A stretch of DNA of 64,000 bases, taken from NCBI GenBank assembly GCA_963702425.1, contig CAVPCQ010000017.1:1-64000 (forward strand). Reading direction: 5' to 3'. Within the stretch, counting starts at the first letter, position 1, and each line of letters opens with the position of its first letter. Below, piece after piece: positions 22,399 through 33,649 of the stretch. The notes below the pieces were generated by a model. That model made no database searches. It had not been told where the DNA came from and saw only the letters and a list, made by a program, of their open reading frames with translations. Source of the DNA: an uncultured Acidobacteriota bacterium (lineage in GTDB: Bacteria > Acidobacteriota > Polarisedimenticolia > J045). A program made the translations under genes and the position numbers.

Positions 22399-22901
22399 CG
22401 GGCTTCCTCCTGGGTGAAACCGACGATCCCCAATGGCCTGGATGATAATACCCATGGCAGCCCGCCCGAGCCACCGTTTGCGCCCGCTGACACGAGCTCT
22501 TGGCTCCTTGTCGGCTCGCTGTTGAATAATATGTCAGTCGTGGACTTGCGGTCGCATGCTCTTCCACTCGGGTTCTCGCACTTCGGCACAGGTCGGGCCC
22601 TCTTTGTAGCGCTGGTGAGCTGGTACATCGCCTCGCTCGGTGCCGGTGTCGGCGCCGAGTCGGGGAAAGTCGGGCACTCGCCGACCTGCGGTGGGGAGCA
22701 GACAGGCACGAGAGGACGGGCGAATCAGGCTGTGTGTTTGACTCGAGGGCGGCGCCGGTCGAACCAACCGGCCGACGGCTGCCCCGACGCAGGCCGCACG
22801 ACGCATGGCGGAAGCGCATCGGCGATGGGGTCGCCGTGAAATCGTCGGCGCACTCCAGTGGCCGATGGTCGTACCTTCCCGCAGCTTCGCAGGAGACGTT
22901 C

Positions 22902-24059
22902 ATGCCGCTCGCTCGTGTCGCCCGTTCACTTCGGCTCCTCTCGATCCTGGGTGTGCTCGCTTCCGGAGGCAGCGCCGGGGCCCAGCTCGTCATCGAGTCC
23001 ACCTTCAACCCCTCGAGTGCAGTTGACCTCTGTGGCGTCGCGGTCGACTCGGCGACGGGAGACGTGTGGGTCTACGACTGCCTGTCCGCCGACATCCAGC
23101 GCTACTCCAGCGCGGGAGCGTTTCTCGCCTCGATTCCGCGCCCCGGCGAGTCGGCCAACGACGTCGACGTCGAGTTCTCGCCCGTGGGGTTCACGCTCGA
23201 CACCACGCCGGTTCCTCCGGGGACACTCCTCTTCGTTAACGGGGAGACCGGGCCCGCGGAGATCTATGCGCTCGACAAGAGCACCGGCACGGTGGTCGAG
23301 ACGCTCAACACGGCCTTCGGAGCCAGCCACGTCGTCGGGGGCGCATTCCACCCTGATCGCAGGACGGTGTTTCTCGTTCAGGACAACGTCCCCGCCGCGG
23401 CGGACAGGAACCGGATCGCGGAAGTCGATCCCACGTCGGGGCTCGTGCTGAGCTCCTTCCAGATCCCCTCGTTCCCTGTTTCGTACGGCGACGTTGAGGT
23501 CTGCGCCTCGACGGGAAGTCTCTTCGTCGTCAGCAGCATCCAGACCAGCATCGCCGAGTTCACTCCGGCGGGAACGGTCGTGGGAACCTATCCCCTGCCG
23601 GCCGGCGTCGTGACCCTCAGCGGCATCGGCATCAACGACGGCACGGGCGAGGCCTGGGTCTCGAGCACGAACGGCAACGTCTGGCGCCTGAGCGGGTTGC
23701 CCTGTCCGGCCTGCGCGCCCGCGTTGACGATCGCTAAGGCCGCCGGGGAGGTGCGGATCGCATGGCCCGGCCTGGCGTCGGGAACGCCGGTGGACATCGT
23801 GAAGGGCGACCTGCAGACGCTCCGCACGACGGCCGGTGACTTCACCGTGGCTCTCGACGCAGTCTTGCCGGCCGCGGACGTATGCGTAGGAAACGACGCG
23901 ACGGCTGGCCTGGTCGTCGACGACGGCTCGGATCCTCCGTTGAACGCAGGCCGGTTCTACCTGGGCCGCTGCCAGGGAGGAACCTACGACAGCCCCGCCC
24001 CGAGCCAGGTCGCGAGCAGGGACTCGGAGATCAAGGCCGCGGTTGGATCCTGCCCTTGA
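22902..24059 (+). CDS. Secreted beta-propeller-like protein with Cys-containing C-terminal domain
   Basis: RBS AGGAG, signal peptide, repeated GVAVD/GIGIND blades. Confidence 0.7.
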   Translation: MPLARVARSLRLLSILGVLASGGSAGAQLVIESTFNPSSAVDLCGVAVDSATGDVWVYDCLSADIQRYSSAGAFLASIPRPGESANDVDVEFSPVGFTLDTTPVPPGTLLFVNGETGPAEIYALDKSTGTVVETLNTAFGASHVVGGAFHPDRRTVFLVQDNVPAAADRNRIAEVDPTSGLVLSSFQIPSFPVSYGDVEVCASTGSLFVVSSIQTSIAEFTPAGTVVGTYPLPAGVVTLSGIGINDGTGEAWVSSTNGNVWRLSGLPCPACAPALTIAKAAGEVRIAWPGLASGTPVDIVKGDLQTLRTTAGDFTVALDAVLPAADVCVGNDATAGLVVDDGSDPPLNAGRFYLGRCQGGTYDSPAPSQVASRDSEIKAAVGSCP

Positions 24060-24149
24060 GTTGAAACGCCTCGTCTCTCGCCGGGAGGGCCGCCGGCCCC
24101 GACGCTCCCGCGGCCATTCGCTGCGCCATGAGCTGCAACTCGAATCGCA

Positions 24150-24425
24150 GCTTTGCCGCCGAGTTCGTCCAGCAGACTCCCCAGCGCCGCCTTGGCGTGT
24201 CCACTGGTGTGCAGCTTGCCGGAGCTGACCTGCACGTCCAGCACCAGGCGCGGCGCGTCCTCGCTGACGACCTTGGCCAGGCCCAGGGCCTGTGCGGCCT
24301 CCGCATCGCCGCGCAGCGCGGTGATGTGCGCGTAGCGCCGGTGCCCAGCCAACAGCCCGAGCATCAGCGTGCCTAGCACGTCGCGCTTGTCCGGGGCGTT
24401 GCCGCTGCGGTAGACCAGCGGGCGC
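24150..24425 (-). pseudogene. IS1380-like transposase remnant (internally deleted)
   Basis: PLVYRSGNAPDKRDVLGT...GHRRYAHITALRGD...VVSEDA. Confidence 0.6.
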
Positions 24426-24689
24426 GCACCCGACCCATTGCGCGCATGGCCGCCGAGACCGCGAACAGCCGCAGCGTGCTGCTTGCAGCCGCCCGATTGG
24501 ATGCGCTGGCAGCGTCACAGTCGCTGACCGGCACGCGTGGGCCCACTGCCTCGTCCCCCAGGCGAAGAGAGTCCACTCGCGCCGGGCTCGACGCCACACC
24601 GCGGACCGCAGTCGAATCTCCGCATCAGAGCATCGGCGTCAACCGACCGGCCTGGCAGTGCCGCCGGCAGCGGAGATAGCACCTGTGCG

Positions 24690-24800
24690 ACTTGTGCACG
24701 CTCGCTCGGGCAGCGCTTCTGCAGGTGGCGCGCTGCGCCGATGCCCGACATGTCCGCGCCGACGATGAGCAGTTCCGACGGCTCGGGCGCGGAGGGCGGC
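24690..24800 (-). pseudogene. N-terminal fragment of flavin-containing monooxygenase
   Basis: LLIVGADMSGIGAARHLQKRCP degenerate GxGxxG FAD motif. Confidence 0.45.
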
Positions 24801-24956
24801 GAGGGTGAAGCCGGGTTCACCGTGGCGATCGAGGCGTGAACGTCGAACGACCCTTTGGCGCGCAAGATATGGCAGACTGACTTCGCAGCACTGGCGCCTT
24901 CGCGACGCCGCGGCCAGTGCCAGGCGTCCGCGCCACAAACGTCAGGGGGAGCCGCT

Positions 24957-27900
24957 ATGCCGTATCGCCCAGGGGGTCTGGATCCCGCCGACATCAACGC
25001 GGCTTTCACGGCCCTGGGCCGGGCGGCCTCGGCAGCCGATCTTGAGAAGGCAATCGCGGCGCAGCCAACGCTCCGTTCGCCGGTGTTCCACGGCATGGTG
25101 CGGCAGGAATACCTGCGGCTGGTGAACGCCAACAGCCCGCAACTCGCGGGGTTTCTGCCCCGCTACGACGGACTGTTCTCGCTACTGCACGAGCGGCAGC
25201 ATGTCGCGATGGTAGGCCGTGCGCGCGAGGCCGCGCAACACTCCGCTTCAGAACACGCAATGGCGGGTTCGGCGACGCCCTCGCAGGCGCCGCCGCCTTT
25301 CCGACCGCCGTACTTCGACGCCCTTGCGCGCTTGCTCGGCGACGCGCTGCCCACCGACCACGGCCCGGTACTCGATCCGCAAGCCGACGCAGCCGCGCTC
25401 GGTGACGAGCTCGCGGCCCTGCTCGGGCACGCGTTGCAGCCGCCTGCCTACGAGCTGCTGGCCGGCACCCGCTGGTGCGCGCTGGCGGTGCAATGCGCCG
25501 TCTGCTCCCAGCGTCGATTCGAGGTACGCGCCTACGCTATCGACCTCGTCGTGGCTCCCGAGCTCGCCATGCCACTGATCGAAGGTCGCATCAACGCATC
25601 GCGCTGCCCGCGCTGCGGCAGCGAGGTAGTGTTCCCACGCCGCGTGTGGGTGGCGGAGGCTCCGGGGCCGGGCGATGCGCTCGCCGCCCTGAGTTGCGCC
25701 CTGCGCCTCGGCCCGTGGGCCTACACCCATCAGCCGCCGCCCGGCACCAGGCGCGAGCCGGAATACGACCGCGTGCTCGAGATCCGTTTCGATGCCTTGC
25801 GGCGCCGTGCGTCCTGGCCTGGCGTCGAGGAGCCGGCCGATGCCGCGGCCGCCCGTGCCATCGTGATGTCGGTGGCCTACACGCCGGCAGAGTTGCAGGC
25901 GATGTACCACGACGCCGTCAGCGCAAGCCCGGCAGAGGCAGGCGGCGGCGAGCAAGTGCTGCCGCGCGCAATGCGCGCCCTCATCGATGAGCTCCAGTCC
26001 AAGATCTCTGCGGGGGCAATCCCGCTGCACCAGGCGCTGCAATGGGCCTTCGATGCCGCGCGGCAGGCCGGGCAGGATTGGCCGCTCAAGCACCCGGGCA
26101 TTGCACGCCTGTGGCAGGGGCCGCCGCTCGTGCACCTGATGCTGTGCCGCATTGCCGAAGGTCTGATTGAGGCGCGCGGCGAGGGCGCGGCGCACCGGGC
26201 TATCTTCGCGGCCAACACGGCCTCAAGCCTGCTGGCCATCGGCGAGCTCGGGCTGGCGGAGGCTGCGCTGGCACGGGCCGAGGACGCCGCGGCGCAAATC
26301 GCGCCTGGCCGCGAGCACGATCTCGCCCGCGCGATGGTCGATGACGTTCGCGCCGACTGGCTCGAAGCTGCCGGCCGCTTCGACGAAGCTGGCATGCTGC
26401 GCGCGCGCTTGCAGTCGATACCCGAGCTGCAGGGCGATGCGCTGGCGGCCGCGCTGGCGCGACAGGGTCTGGCGGCACAGCAGGCGCTCGCGCTCTACGA
26501 GGAGGGGCGCATGGCCGAAGCCCTGAGCGCGTTCCAGGATACGGTGCCCGGCTGGCAGGCGCTGGCCCAGCGGGCGCGCGACGAGGCCGCGGCTGCCGGT
26601 CCCGACCACGCCGAGGCCGCGGCCTCGCTCGAACGGGCATGCCTGCAGGGGCTGAGTGGCGACCTCGCCAACCTCGCCTCGGTGCTGACGACGTTGCTGG
26701 ACGATCTGGCGGTGGTGTGCATCGCGCGCGATCCTGCGCTCACCGATGACGAGCGCCGCCGCCGCCTGCTCGCGGCCAACCCCGATCCGGCCGCAGCGGT
26801 GGCCCGCATAGAGGCTTGCTTCGGTGCACTCGAAGTTCTGTTGGGTGCCGAATTCACGCGCGCCCAACTCGCTGCGCGTATCGATCAGCTGCTGCGCCAG
26901 GCACTGCAGCTTGCGGAACAAAGCGCCGCCTGGGAGTTCGCCGGCGTGCAGGCGCATCGCCTGGCCGGGCTGCACGCAACCCATGGCGACCCGGCATTGG
27001 CCGAGCAGTTTGCGCAGCAGGCTGTACGCCACGCCGCGCGTGCTGGTGACCACGAACGCGTGTGGACGGCGCTGGCACTGTTGGCCGACCGCGCGCTGGC
27101 ACGCGGCGATGGTGCAGCCGCGCTCAAACACCTCGAGGTGTGCGCCCGCCATTACATGCGGCATGAGATCGGCCTGGGCGGGCAGGCGCATTTGTTGCGT
27201 GCCACGCTTTCCATCGGTGTGGGTGCCTTGCGCGCCGCGGCCTGCGGCGGCGACACTTTGCGCGCCATCATGGTGGTGGAGAGCCTGCGCGCGGCGGCTA
27301 CGGCGGCGCAGATCGTGACCGGTGCGCCCGAGCAGTTGGCGCGCGCCGATGGGGACGGAAGCGCAGCGATTGCGCCGCTGCGCCGACAGCGCGAGCAGCT
27401 CGAAACCGAGCTCCTGTGGGCCCCGGATGACGAGACGGCGGGTCGGGAGCTGACCCGCGTGAAAGCGGAGCTGTCCGATGCCCGCCGTAGCGCCGCGCTG
27501 CGCGATCCGCACTACGGCCGCCTCGTCGACGCCAGCGACATCGACCTGGCGGCCCCCCGGGCCCTGCAGACCGCACTCGGCACCGGCGCCCTGTGGCTCG
27601 GTGCGCTCGTAGCCGACGGCCGCGTGTGGAGCTGGAGCGTGGGGCTGGCGGGCGGTGCGGTGGCCGAGACGGCGCTGGCCCCAGCGCTCGTTACCAGCCT
27701 CGACACGCCCGACGCAGGCGCTGCCGCCTGGACGCCGCCGAGCCTGGAAGCGGCCGCCGCTGCGCTGCTGCAGCCACACGCCGTGGCGATCGGATTGCTA
27801 GCCACCGACGACCTGCTGATCGTCTCAGTGTCCGGGCCGCTGCAATCGCTGCCGCTTGCCGCACTGCCCTGGCAGGGCGGGTGTCTGTGCGAACGAGTAT

Positions 27901-28589
27901 CGCTCGTCATGGCGCAGGGCTACGGCATCTTCGAAGCCGCCTGCCAGCGTCCGGTGCCTCCGTGGCAACGGTTCGCGCTCGCCGGTGGCCCCGCGCGTCC
28001 GGATGTCGAGTCGCTGCCCGGCGCCACCGCCGAGGTGCGCGCCATCGCGCAGCAGCTTCGAGAGGCTGGCCGCGAGGTGACACTCGCCACCGGCGCGAAG
28101 GCCACGGTGCAGTGCCTCGTCGATGTCGCTGCGGGTGCGGACGTTCTTCACCTGGCCTGCCACGCACTCGCGCAGCCCGACGCGAGCGGGTCATCGCGCC
28201 TGCTGCTGGCGCCCGATTTGCTCCGCGGCGATAGCGGCGACCTGTCCGAGGGCGAGGTGCTCGGACTGCTGACGCTGAAGCCCGGCGTGCTCGTCAACCT
28301 TGCCGGCTGCTCCACCGGGTGCACGCGCGAGTTACGTGCCTCGGCGCTCGGCGGCCTGGTGCCGGCGTTTCTCGTGGCGGGCGCGCGCTCGGTCGTGGCC
28401 ACGCTCTGGCCTATTGCCGACGCGCCGGCCGCAGCCTTCCAGCAGGCCTTCTATGCTCACCTGGTGGGCGGCGCAAGGCCGGCGCACGCGCTCGCACGCA
28501 CGCAGCGCGCCGCCGCGCGCGGTCAGCTCGGCGAGGCGCTGCGCGACGCATCGGTATGGTCGGCGTTCGGCCTCTACGGCGCCGGCTGA
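24957..28589 (+). CDS. CpXC zinc-ribbon + TPR-like + CHAT (caspase-like) protease
   Basis: CAVC...PEL..LIEGRIN..CPRCG (CpXC-like); helical repeats; CHAT motifs LPLAAL, LPGATAEV, LHLACHA (His), LAGCSTG (Cys), VVATLWPI, WSAF; RBS GGGGGA. Confidence 0.88.
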   Translation: MPYRPGGLDPADINAAFTALGRAASAADLEKAIAAQPTLRSPVFHGMVRQEYLRLVNANSPQLAGFLPRYDGLFSLLHERQHVAMVGRAREAAQHSASEHAMAGSATPSQAPPPFRPPYFDALARLLGDALPTDHGPVLDPQADAAALGDELAALLGHALQPPAYELLAGTRWCALAVQCAVCSQRRFEVRAYAIDLVVAPELAMPLIEGRINASRCPRCGSEVVFPRRVWVAEAPGPGDALAALSCALRLGPWAYTHQPPPGTRREPEYDRVLEIRFDALRRRASWPGVEEPADAAAARAIVMSVAYTPAELQAMYHDAVSASPAEAGGGEQVLPRAMRALIDELQSKISAGAIPLHQALQWAFDAARQAGQDWPLKHPGIARLWQGPPLVHLMLCRIAEGLIEARGEGAAHRAIFAANTASSLLAIGELGLAEAALARAEDAAAQIAPGREHDLARAMVDDVRADWLEAAGRFDEAGMLRARLQSIPELQGDALAAALARQGLAAQQALALYEEGRMAEALSAFQDTVPGWQALAQRARDEAAAAGPDHAEAAASLERACLQGLSGDLANLASVLTTLLDDLAVVCIARDPALTDDERRRRLLAANPDPAAAVARIEACFGALEVLLGAEFTRAQLAARIDQLLRQALQLAEQSAAWEFAGVQAHRLAGLHATHGDPALAEQFAQQAVRHAARAGDHERVWTALALLADRALARGDGAAALKHLEVCARHYMRHEIGLGGQAHLLRATLSIGVGALRAAACGGDTLRAIMVVESLRAAATAAQIVTGAPEQLARADGDGSAAIAPLRRQREQLETELLWAPDDETAGRELTRVKAELSDARRSAALRDPHYGRLVDASDIDLAAPRALQTALGTGALWLGALVADGRVWSWSVGLAGGAVAETALAPALVTSLDTPDAGAAAWTPPSLEAAAAALLQPHAVAIGLLATDDLLIVSVSGPLQSLPLAALPWQGGCLCERVSLVMAQGYGIFEAACQRPVPPWQRFALAGGPARPDVESLPGATAEVRAIAQQLREAGREVTLATGAKATVQCLVDVAAGADVLHLACHALAQPDASGSSRLLLAPDLLRGDSGDLSEGEVLGLLTLKPGVLVNLAGCSTGCTRELRASALGGLVPAFLVAGARSVVATLWPIADAPAAAFQQAFYAHLVGGARPAHALARTQRAAARGQLGEALRDASVWSAFGLYGAG

Positions 28590-28604
28590 ACAAGGAGCGG
28601 CCCT

Positions 28605-29474
28605 ATGAGTGCGAGTGTCTTCATCTCCCATGGTGGCGAGGACACCCCCGCGGCCAGGGCGGTGACCGCCGAACTGCGCAAGAACGGCCTACAGGTGGCG
28701 CTCGATCGCGAGGTACTCGACCAGGGCGATGTGTTCCTGGCGTTCATGGAGAAGGCGCTGGCGAGCTCGACCTACTGCCTGCTGCTGTGGTCGCATGCCG
28801 CGGCGCAGTCCAAGTGGGTCGAGGTCGAGTGGCAGGCGGCGCTGTACCGCGCGGTGCAGCAGGCGCGTCGCTTCCTGCTCATCGGCACGCTCGACGACGA
28901 GCCAGTGCCCGCGCTGCTGGCACCGCGGCTGCGTACGGCCTTTCACCCGGCACTGTACCCGGGCTTGGAGGCGCTGCTCGCGATGTGGCGCGCCGACACT
29001 GCTGCCGAGCAGACTGCGCAGCGCCCGGTGGCCAGCGCGACCGTGCCGCTGGCACAGGACGAGGGCGCGCCCACGGTCTACGTGAGCTCCGAGCTGTTCG
29101 GCATCACGCAGCCGATGCGGCTGGACATTTCGCTGCCGGCGGGCGTGCATCTCGATCGCCTGGTGGCCCAGCTCGGCCTGCCGCGCCAGCTCGATCACCA
29201 GGGGCTGATGGGCGTGCGTTACGAATACCGGCTGGTTCTCGACGATCAGCCGCTCGAGCGCACCCGGCCGCTGTCGGCGCAGGGCGTGGCTCCTGGGACC
29301 GTACTGCTGCTTGAGGTGGAGATGAAGACATTCGCGCAAGGCGCGCCGCTGGCCGGGCAGCTTGCGGGCGCGCGCTTTCGCGGGCCGGATGCCGGGGCGA
29401 GATCCACCGAAGCCCGCAGGCACGTGCTCGCGGCAATTGCCCGGGCCGGGCTCGGACCGATGGCAACGCGCTGA
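28605..29474 (+). CDS. TIR-domain protein with putative ubiquitin-like C-terminal domain
   Basis: VFISH..ED, SKWVEVEW (catalytic Glu position); 15 bp after CHAT stop with RBS AAGGAG. Confidence 0.85.
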   Translation: MSASVFISHGGEDTPAARAVTAELRKNGLQVALDREVLDQGDVFLAFMEKALASSTYCLLLWSHAAAQSKWVEVEWQAALYRAVQQARRFLLIGTLDDEPVPALLAPRLRTAFHPALYPGLEALLAMWRADTAAEQTAQRPVASATVPLAQDEGAPTVYVSSELFGITQPMRLDISLPAGVHLDRLVAQLGLPRQLDHQGLMGVRYEYRLVLDDQPLERTRPLSAQGVAPGTVLLLEVEMKTFAQGAPLAGQLAGARFRGPDAGARSTEARRHVLAAIARAGLGPMATR

Positions 29475-29494
29475 TCGCATGCCGACCCTCGGCC

Positions 29495-30860
29495 TGTCCC
29501 TCGCCATTACCCCGACCGCCCTACCCTTCAACGAGTTGCGTTCCTATGCAGGATACCCGACTCAGCGGCGGACGAGCCCGGTTGCCCTCCGGCCGTACCG
29601 CCATCATCGTGCGTAGATGCCCAACCGCCTCCTTGCGGTCGTCCGGACTCTCGTCGCGATCTTCGCCAGCCGCGCCGACCTCGTGATCGAGAACCTCGCG
29701 CTCCGCCACCAGCTCGCCGTCCTCCGGCGGAGGAATCCCCGGCCCTGCCTTCTCGTCATCGACCGCCTTCTCTGACTGGCCCTGCGCCGCGGGTGGCCCC
29801 GCTGGGAGGAGGCGCTCGCCATCGTTCAGCCCGCAACCGTCATGCGCTGGCATCGCGAAGGCTGCAGACGGTCCTGGCGCTGGACATCGCGGCGCCACGC
29901 TGGACGCCCGAGCACAACGGCCGAGATCCGCGCTCTCGTCCACCGGATGGCGGCCGAGAATCCGACGTGGGGAGCGCCGCGCATCCACGGCGAGATCCAG
30001 AAACTCGGCCTGGAGGTCTCCGAACGCACAGTCTCTCGCTCCATGCCCCGGCGTCCGGCACATCCCGACGCACGGCAACGATGGCGCACCTGTCTCGCCA
30101 ACCACCGCGAGGTCATCACCGCGATGGACTTCTTTACGGTCCCCACCGTCACCTTCCGCGTACTGTACGTGTTCTTCATCGTCCACCACGCCCGGCGCAC
30201 ACTGATCCACGTCCGTGTCACGGGCCATCCGACGGCGGCCTGGATTACGCAACAGCTCCGCGAGACGTTCCCGTACGACCAGGCACCGCACTACCTGATC
30301 CTCGACCGTGACGCCAAGTACGGCCACGAGATTCCCTCCGCCAATCAGCGCATGGGCATCAAACCAAAGCAGATCACGGCGCGCAGTCCCTGGCAGAACG
30401 GAGTCGCCGAGAGGTTCTTAGGCACCGCACGCGGCGATCCGCTCGACCACGTCATCGTCCTGAACGAGAAACAGCTCCAGCGCCTTCTGGCCGGCTTCGT
30501 CTCGTACGACCTCGACGACGGCACGCACTTGTCTCTGACGAAGGATGCCCCCGCGATGCGCGATGGGAGTCGAAGCCCGATCCAGCCGCCGAGGTCATCG
30601 CTCGACCTCGCCTTGGCGGACTTCGTCACCGGTACAGCTGGCGTCCCGCAACCTGACGCTTCCGCTCGAATAGTCCATCGCAGCTGCTTTGTCGCGGAGC
30701 ACGTGTACTCTTGCGGAAGGCAGTCCACCGCCCTCTATGTCAACCGGTGGGCATGACCGTCGCGGTCACACGCAGGGGCGCGTTCGGCCGGCGAAGCTGC
30801 CTCCCATTCCGAGCCGCGGCAGCCATCAGCAATGCGCGGACTCAGTACTGGCGAAGGACA
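29495..30860 (+). mobile_element. rve element, degenerate full-length copy
   Basis: Ends TGTCCCTCGCCA / TGGCGAAGGACA; ORF from 29617 with in-frame stop near 29772 and a 3' frameshift; followed by an inverted 25-bp left end to 30885. Confidence 0.85.
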
Positions 30861-31031
30861 GCGGTCGGGGTTATGGCGAGGGACAGGCACAGCGCTCCCT
30901 CCCTCTCGGCAATAGTCGAGACGCCTGCACAGACGTGCGTCGCCGGCTTCGCTGCGCCCCGAGATGGAGAGAAGCACGTCCTCTCGTGGACGGCGTCGGC
31001 GCGAAGCGGACCCCGAAGAATCGCTGGCACA

Positions 31032-31817
31032 CTACACTTGGAGCGTCTCGCAATCCCAGGCGGGCACCATCGAGCGTCGCAACAAGTAGAGCCGCCCGAA
31101 TCCTGCCCCGTATCCTCGACGGCGCACCAGCTCGAACCGCCCCGCGCACAGCAACTCCTCGCGAAGGAACCCTTCGAATCGGCAGATATCGAAACCGAGG
31201 TGGTCCGCCCATCCGTGACGGGGCGGCTCGCGGAACGGAGAGAGGTCGGCACCGGTCAGCAACGCCCACACGTACGGCCACCGAGGCCTTCCCGCAAAGA
31301 ACACCGAGTAAGGTTCCCGGCGGAGTAACATGCGCCCGAAGAACTTCAGGATGCCGGGGAGTCCGCGCTCGTTCGGTACGGTGATCAACAAGTGGCCACC
31401 GGGCTTGCACGCACGCGCGAGGTTCCTGACTCCGGTGCGGTAGTTCCCAGTGTGCTCAAGAGTCTCGAGGCACATCACGACGTCGAACGAGTCAGGCAGC
31501 TTTCCTCCGGGGTCATCGAGATCGAACTCGACGAATCGGGTCCCGGGGATGCCGCGCTCCCTCGCGGCACGCACGTAGTGCGGCGAGTGGTCGAATCCCC
31601 ACAGTTCCCAGGCATCGCTGCGGAAACACGAGTCACGTAGTTGCCGGACGATGAATCCGTTAGAGCACCCGAAGTCAGCGAGCTTTCCGCCCTCGGGAAG
31701 CGATGCGGTCCGAAGCATCTTGAGAATCGAGTGCAGCCGAAAACGGTGCAAGATCGCGCTCGGCGACGCGCCTCGGTAGGTCGACTCGTGGTCGACGGGC
31801 GACCGCGGAACGCTCAC
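31032..31817 (-). CDS. Class I SAM-dependent methyltransferase
   Basis: LADFGCSNG, FDVVMCLETLEH, KPGGHLLITVPN. Confidence 0.88.
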   Translation of the reverse strand: MSVPRSPVDHESTYRGASPSAILHRFRLHSILKMLRTASLPEGGKLADFGCSNGFIVRQLRDSCFRSDAWELWGFDHSPHYVRAARERGIPGTRFVEFDLDDPGGKLPDSFDVVMCLETLEHTGNYRTGVRNLARACKPGGHLLITVPNERGLPGILKFFGRMLLRREPYSVFFAGRPRWPYVWALLTGADLSPFREPPRHGWADHLGFDICRFEGFLREELLCAGRFELVRRRGYGAGFGRLYLLRRSMVPAWDCETLQV

Positions 31818-32082
31818 GATCCAGTCCTCCGTTGCCGACGGCAGGCGGCCGGCCGCCTCCCGATCTCTTTAGCCTGTTCCGATTCTAACGGATCGCCGGT
31901 ATTGGCCGCGTTTCGTCATCGGCTCAGGTTGGCACCGGCGGGTGGGACTCGGCGCCGGCTTTCACCGAGGCATCAGCCCTGCCGACGCGTGGATGCAGTT
32001 TTTTCGAAGCACAGCTCTCGCCTTCCGCGCGGCGTGGCACGGCCTGGGGCGAAGCCAAGTCCTCCCGGCCGGGCTCCGCGGT

Positions 32083-33570
32083 TTACCGGTGCAATGGCCT
32101 CCGCGCGACCTCAGCCAGCGCCGCGATCCCCGCCTCGATCTCGTCCGCCGACAGGCTCGAGAAGCCGAGCCGCAGATGGCGCGAGCCGCCCTTGTCCACG
32201 CGATACGACGTGCCGTCGGTGACGAAGAGGCCGGCCCGCCGCGCCGCAACCGCGAGGCGCCGTGCGTCGGTCCGCGTGTCGAGCCACAGCGCCATGCCGC
32301 CGGCGGGCGTGTCGAACTCCCAGCCGAGCGTCGCCGCGACGCGCGCGAGCGCGCCGACCATCGTGTCGCGCCGGGACTCGTAGTGCCGGCGCATCCGGCG
32401 CATATGCCGTTCCAGTCCGCCCGAGTTGAACCAGCGCGCGATCGCGTCCTGGAGGATCGAGTCGTTCTGGTGCGTGACGATCCGGCGGAACTGCAGGAGG
32501 GCGCGCTCGGCCGAGCGCGGCGCGACGAGAAAGCCGATCCGCGCCGCCGGGAAGAGGACCTTCGACAGCGTCGACGCGTAGATCACGCGCTGCTCGGGAT
32601 CGTAGCTCGCGAACGGCGGCAGCGGCTCTGTCCGGTAGTGGAACTCGTGGTCGTAATCGTCCTCGAAGATCACGATGTCGTGGCGCGAGGCGATCTCGTA
32701 GATCCGGAGCCGCTTCGCGACCGGCAGCGTCACCGTGGTCGGGAACTGGTGCAGCGGCGTCAGGAAGAGCAGCCGGATCGGGACCCGTCGCGCGAGGCGC
32801 TCGAACGCGTCCACGTCGAGACCGTCGCTTTCCATCGGCAGGGCGACGACGCGCGCCCCCGCCGCGCGGTACGTCTCGCGCGCCGGCGGGTAGGTGAACT
32901 CCTCCATCGCCACGACATCACCGGGGCGCACGAGCAGCTGCGCGACCAGGAACACCGCCTCCTGGGATCCGTTCGTCACGATCACGCCGCGTCCCGTGAG
33001 CCCGCGCATCCGGCGGAGGTAGTCCTCCAGGGCGGCCACGAGCGACGGGTATCCGCGCGGATCGCCGTAGTCGAAGATCGCGGTCCGGGGCCGGCGCAGG
33101 ACGTCGGCCAGGTGCGTGCGGAGCTCGGCCACCGGAAACAGCGCGAAGTCGGGAAGCCCGGACTCGAAGTTGAACCGCACCCCCGGCGACGGTGCGAGCG
33201 GATCGAGCCGCGCCTCGCGCGCCCAGTCCCAGGCGTGGGCGCGGGGTCGTCGTGGCGCGGACTTGGCCGACGGGGGGCGGGCCTGGAAGTAGTCGACGGG
33301 CAGCGCCGGCGCGACGCGGAACGCTCTCCGCTGCTCGCCGACGATTCACCCCTCGGCCTGCAACTCGGCGAGGGCCGCGACCACGGTGTTGCGGTGGACC
33401 CCGAGTTCCTCGGCGAGGGCGCGGGTCGAAGGAAGTTTCTCGCCGGGCCGCGCCAGTCCCCCGGCCAGCGCGTCGCGAATCGCCCGCGCGATCCTCAGGT
33501 AGTGCGGGCCGCCCGATTGCGGCACGTTCAGGGTCAGAGCACGCACGGTCGCTCCCGTCGGCGAGTCCAA
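32083..33570 (-). CDS. MocR/GabR-family GntR-PLP regulator (frameshift near 33340)
   Basis: wHTH PGEKLPSTRALAEELGVHRNTV in 33346-33570; aminotransferase domain HQFPT, EDDYD, TLSKVLFPAARIG in 32083-33180. Confidence 0.85.
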
Positions 33571-33649
33571 TCTGGCCTAGGCGGATTATAGATTCTGGCT
33601 TTTCTGGGTGCTCCACCTGAATCGTACGCTCCTGATCGGAGGAGAAACG

